Source of the DNA: Candidatus Limnocylindria bacterium
GTDB lineage: Bacteria > Patescibacteriota > Saccharimonadia > Saccharimonadales > JAGQNK01
Assembly (NCBI GenBank): GCA_035489815.1
Contig: DATHJH010000018.1
Coordinates: forward strand, 73,931-137,930
Length of the DNA: 64,000 nucleotides
Direction: 5' to 3'
Shown: positions 46,864-55,648 of the stretch, in pieces
Position numbering within the stretch: position 1 is the stretch's first letter
Layout: every line of letters begins with the position of its first letter
Made by a program: the position numbers and the translations under genes
Notes under the pieces: generated by a model
Databases searched by the model: none
Told to the model about the DNA's origin: nothing
What the model saw: only the letters and a program-made list of their open reading frames with translations

Positions 46864-47037
46864 ATGTACCAAGACGGACTAGGCGCCTCAGGCGTTGTTG
46901 CCGGTGCAGTTGTTTTGCCTAACACAGGCGGAAACAGCGTGCTTATGGTAGCTGCTTACACCAGCATTGTTGTTGGCGCAGCAATTTTGCTTACATCGGC
47001 AGTTCGTTTTGTCGCTAAGCGGGCTACTAAGGCCTAA
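46864..47037 (+). CDS. 57-aa ORF consisting essentially of an LPXTG-type sorting signal (MYQDGLGASGVVAGAVV-LPNTG-GNSVLMVAAYTSIVVGAAILLTSAV-RFVAKRATKA)
   Basis: Below the 60-aa ORF-track cutoff; strong SD AAGGAG 7 nt upstream of the ATG; hairpin + T5 after it; sortase and GT2 follow on the same strand. Confidence 0.5.
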   Translation: MYQDGLGASGVVAGAVVLPNTGGNSVLMVAAYTSIVVGAAILLTSAVRFVAKRATKA

Positions 47038-47062
47038 ATAGAGACAGACGAAGATACGGGGA

Positions 47063-47105
47063 GGGAGGACCGCGGCGGTTTATCCGTTTCGGACCTCCCT
47101 TTTTG
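47063..47105 (+). terminator. Intrinsic terminator/attenuator between the LPNTG mini-ORF and the sortase gene (stem GGGAGGACCG/CGGACCTCCC, then TTTTTG)
   Basis: 10-bp GC-rich stem with one mismatch, 17-nt loop, T-run, read directly. Confidence 0.5.
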
Positions 47106-47141
47106 TTTGAAATTGTTTGAAGCTTATTCGAAAAAGGTGGT

Positions 47142-47729
47142 TTGACTATGAAAATAACGAGACTTATAAACCTTATCGGCGGTACCCTGGTACTGGCCGG
47201 AACAGTGGTAGTGCTGTACGGCATGTATGCGCGTAGTGCAAATGCGCGTGTCCAGGCGCAGCCGCAAATTACCGCCCAGAACAGTGTCCGTCCACAAATC
47301 ACTGAAGAAAACGTGATTCAGGGTGAACCGGCTGAGCTGGCTATTCCAGGTCTGGGCATAAAAAACTCAGTTATAGCTGGTGTTTTTAACAGCCAGAACG
47401 GACAGTGGACCCTGACGCTGGACAAAGTGCAGCATGCCATCATAACTCATACCCCCAATGACAGCCGGGGCGTTACCTTTCTGTATGGGCATAACCGCCC
47501 GGAGGTCTTTGCCCGCCTGCCGCAGATACAGCCAGGAGCAGAGGCAGTCATAAAGACCAAGAACGGCCACACTTTCCGCTACCGGTTCAAGGACAGCCGG
47601 ACGACTTCTCCGGCAGATGTGTCGGTGTTTGAGTACGACGGACCACCCATCCTGGTACTGCAGACCTGTACGGGAGTTTTCTTCCAGCACCGGCAGCTTT
47701 TTACCTTTGAATTTGTAGGAGTGAAATAA
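47142..47729 (+). CDS. Sortase (transpeptidase), copy 2
   Basis: N-terminal TM; His in LYGHN, catalytic Cys in LVLQTCTG, Arg in HRQLF; 195 aa; 3-nt gap to the GT2 start. Confidence 0.75.
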   Translation: MTMKITRLINLIGGTLVLAGTVVVLYGMYARSANARVQAQPQITAQNSVRPQITEENVIQGEPAELAIPGLGIKNSVIAGVFNSQNGQWTLTLDKVQHAIITHTPNDSRGVTFLYGHNRPEVFARLPQIQPGAEAVIKTKNGHTFRYRFKDSRTTSPADVSVFEYDGPPILVLQTCTGVFFQHRQLFTFEFVGVK

Positions 47730-47731
47730 TC

Positions 47732-49084
47732 ATGGTTGCAGACGCATTTTTCTACACTTTTATGGCTCTCAGCCTGCTGTATACAATTCATATGGGCCTC
47801 TATATTGTGGGCGCCAATATCTATGATATATGGCAGTACAGCCGCCGTGCCCGCCTGGCAAAAATTCCGCGGCCTCACCGCCGCCGACCGCTGGTCAGCG
47901 TGATCATTCCGGCTTATAACGAGCAGTACAACATTACCCGTACGCTGGATTCAGTGCGGGCCAGTTCTTATAAAAAGATTGAAATAATCGTGGTGGATGA
48001 TGGTTCCAGCGACCAGACTTCCCCGGTGGTACGCGAGTACATCAAGGCGTTGCCGGGCTTTAAAACCTCTTCCTACGTGAAACGCTATGGCAAGAGTGCT
48101 AAACTGTGCCGCCGGTTTGTGCGGGCAGAGGTGGATCGCATCCGCATGATATTGGTGACGCAGAATAACGACGGCAAAGCATCAGCGGTTAATAACGGCG
48201 TCAAAAACCACGCCCATGGCGACCTTATCATGACACTGGACGCCGACTCTATGCTACAGTCAGACGCCATTGGCAATGCCGTACGCTACTTTGAAAACCC
48301 GCGGGTAGTTGGTGTGGCCGCGAATGTCCGGGTGGCTGGCAGCAATACTGCCCTGAGCATCCTGCAAAAGATCGAACACATGATCGGCTACCGGTCCAAG
48401 AAGTTCTACACTATGACCAACTGCGAATTCATCGTGGGCGGCGTGGCTTCGACTTACCGGACAGAGGTACTGAAGGAAGTCGGCTTTTATGACACCGACA
48501 CCCTGACCGAAGACATTGGCCTGAGCATGAAGATCGTAGCCCAAAAAGGCAACCGCGACTGGCGCATTGTCTACGCCGCCGATGTAGTGGCTGGCACCGA
48601 AGGCGTGCAGACCTACAAAGCCCTCTTCAAACAGCGCTATCGCTGGAAGCTGGGTATGCTGCAGAATCTGTTCAGGAATATCGCGCTGACCGGTAACCGG
48701 GACAAAAAGTACAGCCGTATGCTGACCATGTATCGTATTCCTATGGCTTTTCTGGGCGAAGTAATCCTGATGATTGAACCGGTCATGCTGGGCTACATCA
48801 TCTACCTCAGCGTGCTGCATATGACACCGCAGGCTCTGCTGGGTGCCTACGCCACTATTACCCTGTACGTACTGTGGACGCTGTGGCCGGACGAGTATCT
48901 GACGCTGCGGGACAAAATACGCTTCAGTTTCATTGCACCATTTATGTACTTTACCTTTTACATCATGAATGCCGTGCAGATCGTAGCTGTCATCCGCTGC
49001 ATACGAAACTACAAAAAGGTACTTGGCAAAGTAGAAACCGTTGGTCGCTGGATATCGCCTGAACGCGCCAACGCCAGTTCTTAA
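47732..49084 (+). CDS. Processive family-2 glycosyltransferase, copy 2 (paralog of 40184-41473)
   Basis: VDDGSSDQ, DADS, QRYRWKLG motifs; alignable with copy 1 along its full length; 450 aa. Confidence 0.85.
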   Translation: MVADAFFYTFMALSLLYTIHMGLYIVGANIYDIWQYSRRARLAKIPRPHRRRPLVSVIIPAYNEQYNITRTLDSVRASSYKKIEIIVVDDGSSDQTSPVVREYIKALPGFKTSSYVKRYGKSAKLCRRFVRAEVDRIRMILVTQNNDGKASAVNNGVKNHAHGDLIMTLDADSMLQSDAIGNAVRYFENPRVVGVAANVRVAGSNTALSILQKIEHMIGYRSKKFYTMTNCEFIVGGVASTYRTEVLKEVGFYDTDTLTEDIGLSMKIVAQKGNRDWRIVYAADVVAGTEGVQTYKALFKQRYRWKLGMLQNLFRNIALTGNRDKKYSRMLTMYRIPMAFLGEVILMIEPVMLGYIIYLSVLHMTPQALLGAYATITLYVLWTLWPDEYLTLRDKIRFSFIAPFMYFTFYIMNAVQIVAVIRCIRNYKKVLGKVETVGRWISPERANASS

Positions 49085-49087
49085 AGC

Positions 49088-50608
49088 TTATAGCTCATTC
49101 ATGACCGTGATGCGGGCGCCGACGGAGTTGAGGCGTTCGGCCAGGTCCTCATAGCCGCGGTTGATGGAGTAGACGTTTCGGAGTATAGAAATGCCATCCG
49201 CAGCCAGCATGCCGATCAGCAGCAGTACGGCCGGGCGCAAGGCTGGCGGGCAGACGATGTCCGCGGCGCTGAACTTGGTCGGGCCGTCAATGTAGGCCCG
49301 GTGCGGGTCGGCCAAGGTGACATTGGCACCCAGTTTGCGCATTTCGGTGTAGTACAACGCGCGTTCCTCGTATACCCAGTCGTGTATGAGTGTGCGGCCT
49401 TTGGCTACCGCGGCAATTGGCACAAAGTAGGGGAGGTTGTCTATATTGAGACCCGGGTATGGACGGGCATAGATCTTTTCCTCCAGCGCAATGAGCTGAC
49501 CGTCGTGCTTGCGGATGGTGACGTCAGCCAGATTGGTGTGGCCGTTGTCCGCTTTGTACCATTCACTGATGTTGTACTTGAGCCCCATGTGCTTGAGCTT
49601 GGTCAACTCCAGCTCTATAAACTCAATCGGTGCCCGGGCAATAGTCAGCTGAGAGTTGGTGGCTATGGCCGCTGAGATGAAGGTCATGGCTTCTACTGGA
49701 TCTTCGGCAGGGTAGTAGGTGACGTTTTTCTTGATGTCCCGTACGCCTTTTATGCGCAGCGTGGTAGTGCCTACGCCATCGACTTTGACCCCGAGTTTGC
49801 GAAGGAAAAAGCAAAGGTCCTGGACCATGTAGTTGGCACTGGCCATTTTGATGGTTACTTCGTGCTCAAATCTGGCGGCGGCCATCAGGACGTTTTCGGT
49901 CACCGTGTCGCCGGATTCGTACAGCACAATTTCTGCGGGCTTTTTCCTGGCGATTTTGACGTTATAGTGGCCGGTTTTGGCCACAACGTCTACGCCGAAT
50001 TCTTCCAGGGCAAACAGGTGCGGCCGAACGGTGCGGGTACCTAGTTTACAGCCCCCGGCGTAGGGGATTTTGAACTCCGGGAACAGGTGCATGAGCGGGC
50101 CAAGCATCATCAGGACGGACCGGGTCCGGCGGGCGGCCTGCTTGTCCATTTTGTCCATTTGCAGTTTTTCCGGCGGTTTGATCTCCAGGTCGTTATTGTC
50201 GTGCCATTTGACGCCGACGCCGATACTGACCAGCACTTCAATAATGCGGTTGACCTCCTCTATGCGCGGCATGTGCTTGAGCCGGGTGGTGCCTTTGTTC
50301 AGCAGGGCGGCAAACAGCAGGCAGACCGCGGCGTTTTTGGATACCCGGGTCTTAATGGTCCCTTTTAGTTCATGCCCGCCCTCTATGCGCAAGTTTACGG
50401 CGCTGCCGGTCAGGCTGATGAGCGGCTTTTTCAGCACGTCGCTGATGCGTCCCAGCGTTTCCAGGCTGAGGTTTTGTCTGCCGTGCTCTATACGGTTGAC
50501 GGCGGATTGGCTGGTGCCCAGTTTGCGGGCAAACTCTGCCTGGGTAAGGCCCCTGTCTTGTCTTATCTGATGAATTAGATGGCCTATTTTCTCGTTTGTT
50601 GTGTTCAT
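49088..50608 (-). CDS. murA: UDP-N-acetylglucosamine 1-carboxyvinyltransferase MurA with an N-terminal XRE-type helix-turn-helix domain
   Basis: N-terminal ~65 aa IRQDRGLTQAEFARKLGTSQSAVNRIEHGRQNLSLETL (HTH_XRE), then EPSP-synthase-fold MurA with the active-site loop AGGCKLGTR; alternative start at 50629. Confidence 0.85.
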   Translation of the reverse strand: MNTTNEKIGHLIHQIRQDRGLTQAEFARKLGTSQSAVNRIEHGRQNLSLETLGRISDVLKKPLISLTGSAVNLRIEGGHELKGTIKTRVSKNAAVCLLFAALLNKGTTRLKHMPRIEEVNRIIEVLVSIGVGVKWHDNNDLEIKPPEKLQMDKMDKQAARRTRSVLMMLGPLMHLFPEFKIPYAGGCKLGTRTVRPHLFALEEFGVDVVAKTGHYNVKIARKKPAEIVLYESGDTVTENVLMAAARFEHEVTIKMASANYMVQDLCFFLRKLGVKVDGVGTTTLRIKGVRDIKKNVTYYPAEDPVEAMTFISAAIATNSQLTIARAPIEFIELELTKLKHMGLKYNISEWYKADNGHTNLADVTIRKHDGQLIALEEKIYARPYPGLNIDNLPYFVPIAAVAKGRTLIHDWVYEERALYYTEMRKLGANVTLADPHRAYIDGPTKFSAADIVCPPALRPAVLLLIGMLAADGISILRNVYSINRGYEDLAERLNSVGARITVMNEL

Positions 50609-50729
50609 TGCAAGAAAGATTATACCCTCCATGATATAAATAACAAGCACTTTTTAGCTGTCCGGTCCTCACTTTTTCACCTCCAAAGAAGCTGACGAAG
50701 TGTGAAGGCGGAGTCCGCCTTTTTCAGAT

Positions 50730-51638
50730 TTATCTTTTATATTTCCTGAATTCCTGCTTGAGATCAGCTTGTTCCTGGCGGAATTCGGCCATGACGTCTT
50801 TGGCTGCTTCTTTGGTTGTGTACCGCCTGGAAGGAACCTGGGTAATGGTCTCCGGGCCAACCAACCTTTCGATTCTGGCCAAAGCCAAAGCAGCGCCCGT
50901 CTGGACGCGCAGCAGGCGTGAGTCCGGCCTATAGCCCGGCAGGTCGTGGGGTCCGCCCTCATCTTCTTCTTCCGGCTTGGCGCCAATGGCTTCAGTGGTG
51001 CGCACCATCACTGCATCAGCCGGGTCGTCCGGCAGTATGTGGGATGAGACATATTGGGCGGGGTGACGTTGCTCTAAAGTGCGGTAGAGTCCTGCAAGAA
51101 TAATGCCACTTACCTGTGGCACGCCATCTTCGGTATCAACCCTGTCCTGGACATTGGGCATGACATACCCTTCGCGGAAATGGACGTACCGTCTGTGGCT
51201 GATGGCGCGGCCGATTGGTGCGGGCAGCTCTCGTTTTGGGGGAACCAACATCTTGGTCCAGCATTCTATAGGCGCGAGGGGTCCTTTGAGATGAGTGGCT
51301 GAGGTGTTGTTAGAGGTCAGCACGCCGCTGATAGCGTCGCCATTTGCGGCAAAAGTAACAGCTACCTGGGGTTGGCGATGCAGCTGATCCTTGTTCCAGC
51401 CCGCACCTACCAGCTGCTGGGGCTTAGCCCGGGACTCCTGGTAGGCTGACAAATTTTTTCGGTTCACAATCACCTCGGCCCGGTCCCATTCGCTCCGGGG
51501 CAAGTCGGACATTATAGATTCCAGATGAGCAGTTTGGAGGGGACGCCACAGTTCGGCAGGTACAGCCGGCGCATCATAGACCACTGTATGCAGGCCGTCC
51601 ATGCCGGTTACGTTGATAGTGGGCTCTCTTTCTGGCAT
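50730..51638 (-). CDS. Hypothetical protein
   Basis: 302-aa ORF upstream of murA on the same strand; no recognised domain. Confidence 0.45.
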   Translation of the reverse strand: MPEREPTINVTGMDGLHTVVYDAPAVPAELWRPLQTAHLESIMSDLPRSEWDRAEVIVNRKNLSAYQESRAKPQQLVGAGWNKDQLHRQPQVAVTFAANGDAISGVLTSNNTSATHLKGPLAPIECWTKMLVPPKRELPAPIGRAISHRRYVHFREGYVMPNVQDRVDTEDGVPQVSGIILAGLYRTLEQRHPAQYVSSHILPDDPADAVMVRTTEAIGAKPEEEDEGGPHDLPGYRPDSRLLRVQTGAALALARIERLVGPETITQVPSRRYTTKEAAKDVMAEFRQEQADLKQEFRKYKR

Positions 51639-51889
51639 GTGCGGGTCTCCGTTTTGTTACAGATAGTATACCAGTTTAAGCAGTTCACGTCTGGCCCGGG
51701 CAGAGAACTATCCTGGACCTATAGACATCACACTTTGTCTTGCCATCAGAGCTGGCTGATGATCGCTGAACTAAAACTGCTCTTTGCGACTGAAGCATAT
51801 CCATAGATATGTTGAAGGAGTAAAGAGCAGTTTTAGTCAGTGAGGGCAGTCAGATTGGGGCAAGTCAGAGTGTGATGTCTATAAGTTCG

Positions 51890-52486
51890 CTATTCGTCTG
51901 CAGAAACAGCCTCAATCAAGAGACCTACGTCTCTCCTCAGCGCCTCTTCCACACCAGGTATAAAGGCGATGTTGCCTTCTCCTCTCAGCGGCCCTGGGGG
52001 GCCAACACAGTGCATATTTACAAATCCGTGGTTGTCGCCGAAGATTTGCCAAAAGGTGCTTTCACCGGAAGCACTGGTTGCGTAATTAAGGCCAAATCCC
52101 TCGGCTGACTGTTCACCGTATACGCTGCCGCTCAGCGCCAGGGCATCAGGGTGATTTTGTGTAAGCTCATCTAATGGTACACCATAGCGCCGGGTAAATA
52201 GATCTGTCAGGTGGGTATGTTTCAGCTGGCGCAGTCTCACGGGCATACCAGTAACGCCAGCTGCCTGCAGTTGTAGGGCGAGTTCTCCAGCGTAGGAGGC
52301 AACTCCTTGTTGACGCTCTACTGCTTCACTTCTGCCCGTCGCTATGCTTTCAACTTCCGCCGGACTAAAGAACAGGCCGGCAGCTGCTGCCACGGTCTGG
52401 CTGTCTCCCCCTTTTTCTGATAAATATGCCTCCAGAGGGTCTACTCCGCCCGGTGGACGGCATCCCTCAAGGTCGCGAAGTTGCAT
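51890..52486 (-). CDS. Hypothetical protein
   Basis: 198-aa ORF; no recognised domain. Confidence 0.4.
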   Translation of the reverse strand: MQLRDLEGCRPPGGVDPLEAYLSEKGGDSQTVAAAAGLFFSPAEVESIATGRSEAVERQQGVASYAGELALQLQAAGVTGMPVRLRQLKHTHLTDLFTRRYGVPLDELTQNHPDALALSGSVYGEQSAEGFGLNYATSASGESTFWQIFGDNHGFVNMHCVGPPGPLRGEGNIAFIPGVEEALRRDVGLLIEAVSADE

Positions 52487-52603
52487 GGGTTGCTATACCT
52501 CCAAAGTTTGCTTCATGTTATGCCATCTCATAGTTTTGCAATTTTACCACAGACCCGGACAGGCTGGTGCGGTATACTTCTACTACAATAGGGGCTGCCA
52601 GCT

Positions 52604-53884
52604 ATGAAAGATTCAACAATTCTAAAACTCATCCAGGCAGAGGAAAAGCGCCAGCGCGAGGGCCTGGAACTGATCCCTTCAGAAAATTATGTCAGCCGTG
52701 ACGTGCTGGAGGCTATGGGGAGCGTGTTTACCAACAAGTATTCAGAGGGCTATCCGCACCGGCGGTACTACGGCGGCCAGGAAAATACTGACAAGATAGA
52801 AGAGCTGGCCATAGAGCGGGCCAAGCAGTTGTTTAAGTGTGATCATGCCAACGTCCAACCTCATTCTGGTGCGCCAGCTAACGAGGCGGTCTACAGCGCC
52901 TGGCTGGAACCAGGTGACACGGTGCTGGCCATGGACCTCAGCCACGGCGGGCACTTGACCCACGGCGCACCGGTTACCAGAAGCGCCAAGCTGTACAACT
53001 TTATCCGCTACAAGATGAAAGATCCGCATACCGGAGAGATAGACTACGACGAGCTGCGCGAACTTGCCATAGAACACAAGCCAAAGATCATCCTGGCCGG
53101 TTTTAGCGCCTACCCGCGGGAACTGGACTATGCCAAATTTGCGGCCATAGGCAACGAAGTCGGAGCGCTATTGATGGCCGATATGGCACATATTGCCGGG
53201 CTGATTGTCGGCGGTGTGGCCAAAAATCCCTTTGACTACGGCTTTCATGTGATCACGTCCACGACCCATAAGACACTGCGCGGACCGCGCGGCGGGCTGA
53301 TCCTGAGTAACGGGGTAGTGGGCAATCCGCTGAGGAAGGTCGAAAAGACCCTGGAAAACATCCCGACACTCATTGACCGGGCAGTCTTCCCGGGTATGCA
53401 GGGTGGTCCGCACATGCATATCATTGCGGCCAAAGCCGTGGCCTTTGGCGAGGCGCTGCAGCCTGAGTTCCGTGACTACGCCGTGCAGATTGTTAAAAAT
53501 GCCCGGGCACTGAGCGATGCGGTGTTAGCCAAAGGTTTTCAGCTGATTACAGGCGGAACAGATAATCACTTGCTGTTGGCAGACGTGCACGGCGCCTTTG
53601 GCATAGACGGCAAGGTGGCCGAAGAGGCGCTGGACGCCATTGGCCTGACACTTAATAAAAACGCTATTGCCGATGACCCGTTGCCGCCGTTTCGGCCCAG
53701 CGGCATCCGCTTTGGCACGCCGGCTATTACCACGCGCGGCCTGCAGGAAAAGCATATGGCCCAGCTGGCCGATTGGATGTACCAGGCAGTTACTCGCCAT
53801 GAAGATGTTACGTTGCTGCAAAAACTCCGTGGTGAGGTAACCGACTTTGCCTTACAGTTTCCGCTCCCCAGCGATAGCACTTAA
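52604..53884 (+). CDS. glyA: Serine hydroxymethyltransferase
   Basis: Conserved SHMT motifs including the PLP-binding TTHKTLRGPRGG; 426 aa. Confidence 0.96.
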   Translation: MKDSTILKLIQAEEKRQREGLELIPSENYVSRDVLEAMGSVFTNKYSEGYPHRRYYGGQENTDKIEELAIERAKQLFKCDHANVQPHSGAPANEAVYSAWLEPGDTVLAMDLSHGGHLTHGAPVTRSAKLYNFIRYKMKDPHTGEIDYDELRELAIEHKPKIILAGFSAYPRELDYAKFAAIGNEVGALLMADMAHIAGLIVGGVAKNPFDYGFHVITSTTHKTLRGPRGGLILSNGVVGNPLRKVEKTLENIPTLIDRAVFPGMQGGPHMHIIAAKAVAFGEALQPEFRDYAVQIVKNARALSDAVLAKGFQLITGGTDNHLLLADVHGAFGIDGKVAEEALDAIGLTLNKNAIADDPLPPFRPSGIRFGTPAITTRGLQEKHMAQLADWMYQAVTRHEDVTLLQKLRGEVTDFALQFPLPSDST

Positions 53885-53904
53885 TACTACTTAGGCTGTA
53901 GCCC

Positions 53905-54636
53905 CTATAAGTCATTTTGAACGTTGAAGGCTTCTCTGACGAGCTGTGCGCTGACAGCGTAACGGGCATCCATGGCAACGACCGCCGCAACCTCTGGAAG
54001 AGTTGCGGCGTCATTTTCGTCCAGCATATAACCACAGCCTAATACAAAAGCAGCCCCACTGAACTCTGCCCCAATTCGAATATCCTCCACGCCGGCTGCG
54101 TGACAGATAGCGCCGTAAGTCATAGCACGACACCCCAATTCTTCGTGAACAAAATCTGCACCAGTCCATCGGGCTGACCAGTCGTCAACAACGGCGGGGA
54201 CTTTGGGCTCTTCGGCAGATGCTTCGACCCTGTGTCTGACTGCCCGCTGGACAGATTCAACATAATTTAATCCAGAGACAACCCTATCTTGCTCAGTGGG
54301 CGTTGCGAGGCGCTTGTCAAGTATGGGCAGGACGGTAGCGGTAAGCCACACTTCGCGGTCGCGTGCAACGGGGTCTGTAAGGTATTCGCCATAACATTCT
54401 CGTAGGGTGTGGACCAGTCCGCTTTCTGCACTCATATAGTCTCCTGAAATTGTAATAACCAAGGAGTTACCTTGGTTTTTGGCTTCGGCAAAATTCCTGG
54501 CAGGAACCCTGAAGAAGGTATCACTTAGCATACGCTTTTGTCCTGAAATGTCCAATAAATTATTTCGAATTTTAATGAACAATCCGAAGACTACGACTTC
54601 GAGAAAATAAGGAAGAGTATCATATTTTATGAACAC
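53905..54636 (-). CDS. Hypothetical protein
   Basis: 243-aa ORF; the real start is probably internal; no recognised domain. Confidence 0.4.
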   Translation of the reverse strand: MFIKYDTLPYFLEVVVFGLFIKIRNNLLDISGQKRMLSDTFFRVPARNFAEAKNQGNSLVITISGDYMSAESGLVHTLRECYGEYLTDPVARDREVWLTATVLPILDKRLATPTEQDRVVSGLNYVESVQRAVRHRVEASAEEPKVPAVVDDWSARWTGADFVHEELGCRAMTYGAICHAAGVEDIRIGAEFSGAAFVLGCGYMLDENDAATLPEVAAVVAMDARYAVSAQLVREAFNVQNDL

Positions 54637-54841
54637 CAGCTGCCTTTCGGCATGAAACTATACTGCATGCCATGCCTCCTGAAACTAGCTGGGGCCCGAC
54701 GGAAAAAACTTGTGCCCAATCACTCCGCAGACGATACGTGGAAGGCCGGGTATACACAAGTTTTGTAAGATCAGTTATTCGAAGCGGTAGATTCTTACGG
54801 GAACACAAAACTTAAATCGTCGTCTACTATCCATTGCCTGT

Positions 54842-55615
54842 ATGCTGAACTTACGCATGAAAACAACAAGGCACACAATAAGTATCAACGGTTTGGACGT
54901 GGCTTATTACCAGTTTGGCCACGGAACACCACTGCTATTTTTGCATGGCGGACGGGTGCGGGCACTGACATTCAAGCGTTCACTCGAACAGTTGTCAAAG
55001 CGGTATACAATCATTGCGCCGGACATTCCAGGCTATGGGGCTTCAGCAACCCCAAAAGGCGAGTGGTCATACTCGGATTATGCGGTATTTTTTAATAGCT
55101 TTCTAGACAAACTGGAATTGGACGACGTTACTCTCGTAGGCTACTCAATGGGTGGTGGCATCGCGTTCAACCTTGCCGCAATAAACAGTCAAGTTGCCCG
55201 GTTGGTGCTTGTAGACTCCTCGGGGCTACATGCCGTTAACAAAAGATCCAACCCTCATGATTTGCGTCGCCTTTCGTTCTACCTTAAGCATCCGCCCTAC
55301 TACAGTACGTTAGCTGTACTCCTGAGGGAATATTTGCAATTTATATGGAAACATAGGGGTGACTATTCACACATGCAGCACATACGTCAGTCGTGCCGCA
55401 AAACATCGTATGAAAAAGGGCTCCGGAAGGTTTCCGTTCCCACGCTTCTAGTATGGGCGCAGGACGACCGGATTATCCCAGTCGCAACTGCAAACGTATT
55501 CCAAAAGCGTATTCCAAAAGCCGTACTGAAAACCGTTAAAGGGAACCACGACTGGCCGCTTTATAAGCCTGCGCCCCTGGTAAAAAGTATCCTAACTTGG
55601 ACCAAAACTACTTAA
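54842..55615 (+). CDS. Alpha/beta hydrolase
   Basis: HGG oxyanion motif (LLFLHGG), nucleophile elbow GYSMGG, C-terminal His; 257 aa. Confidence 0.75.
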   Translation: MLNLRMKTTRHTISINGLDVAYYQFGHGTPLLFLHGGRVRALTFKRSLEQLSKRYTIIAPDIPGYGASATPKGEWSYSDYAVFFNSFLDKLELDDVTLVGYSMGGGIAFNLAAINSQVARLVLVDSSGLHAVNKRSNPHDLRRLSFYLKHPPYYSTLAVLLREYLQFIWKHRGDYSHMQHIRQSCRKTSYEKGLRKVSVPTLLVWAQDDRIIPVATANVFQKRIPKAVLKTVKGNHDWPLYKPAPLVKSILTWTKTT

Positions 55616-55648
55616 TGTAGTATCGTATCGGTCCTGATATAAAGTAAA

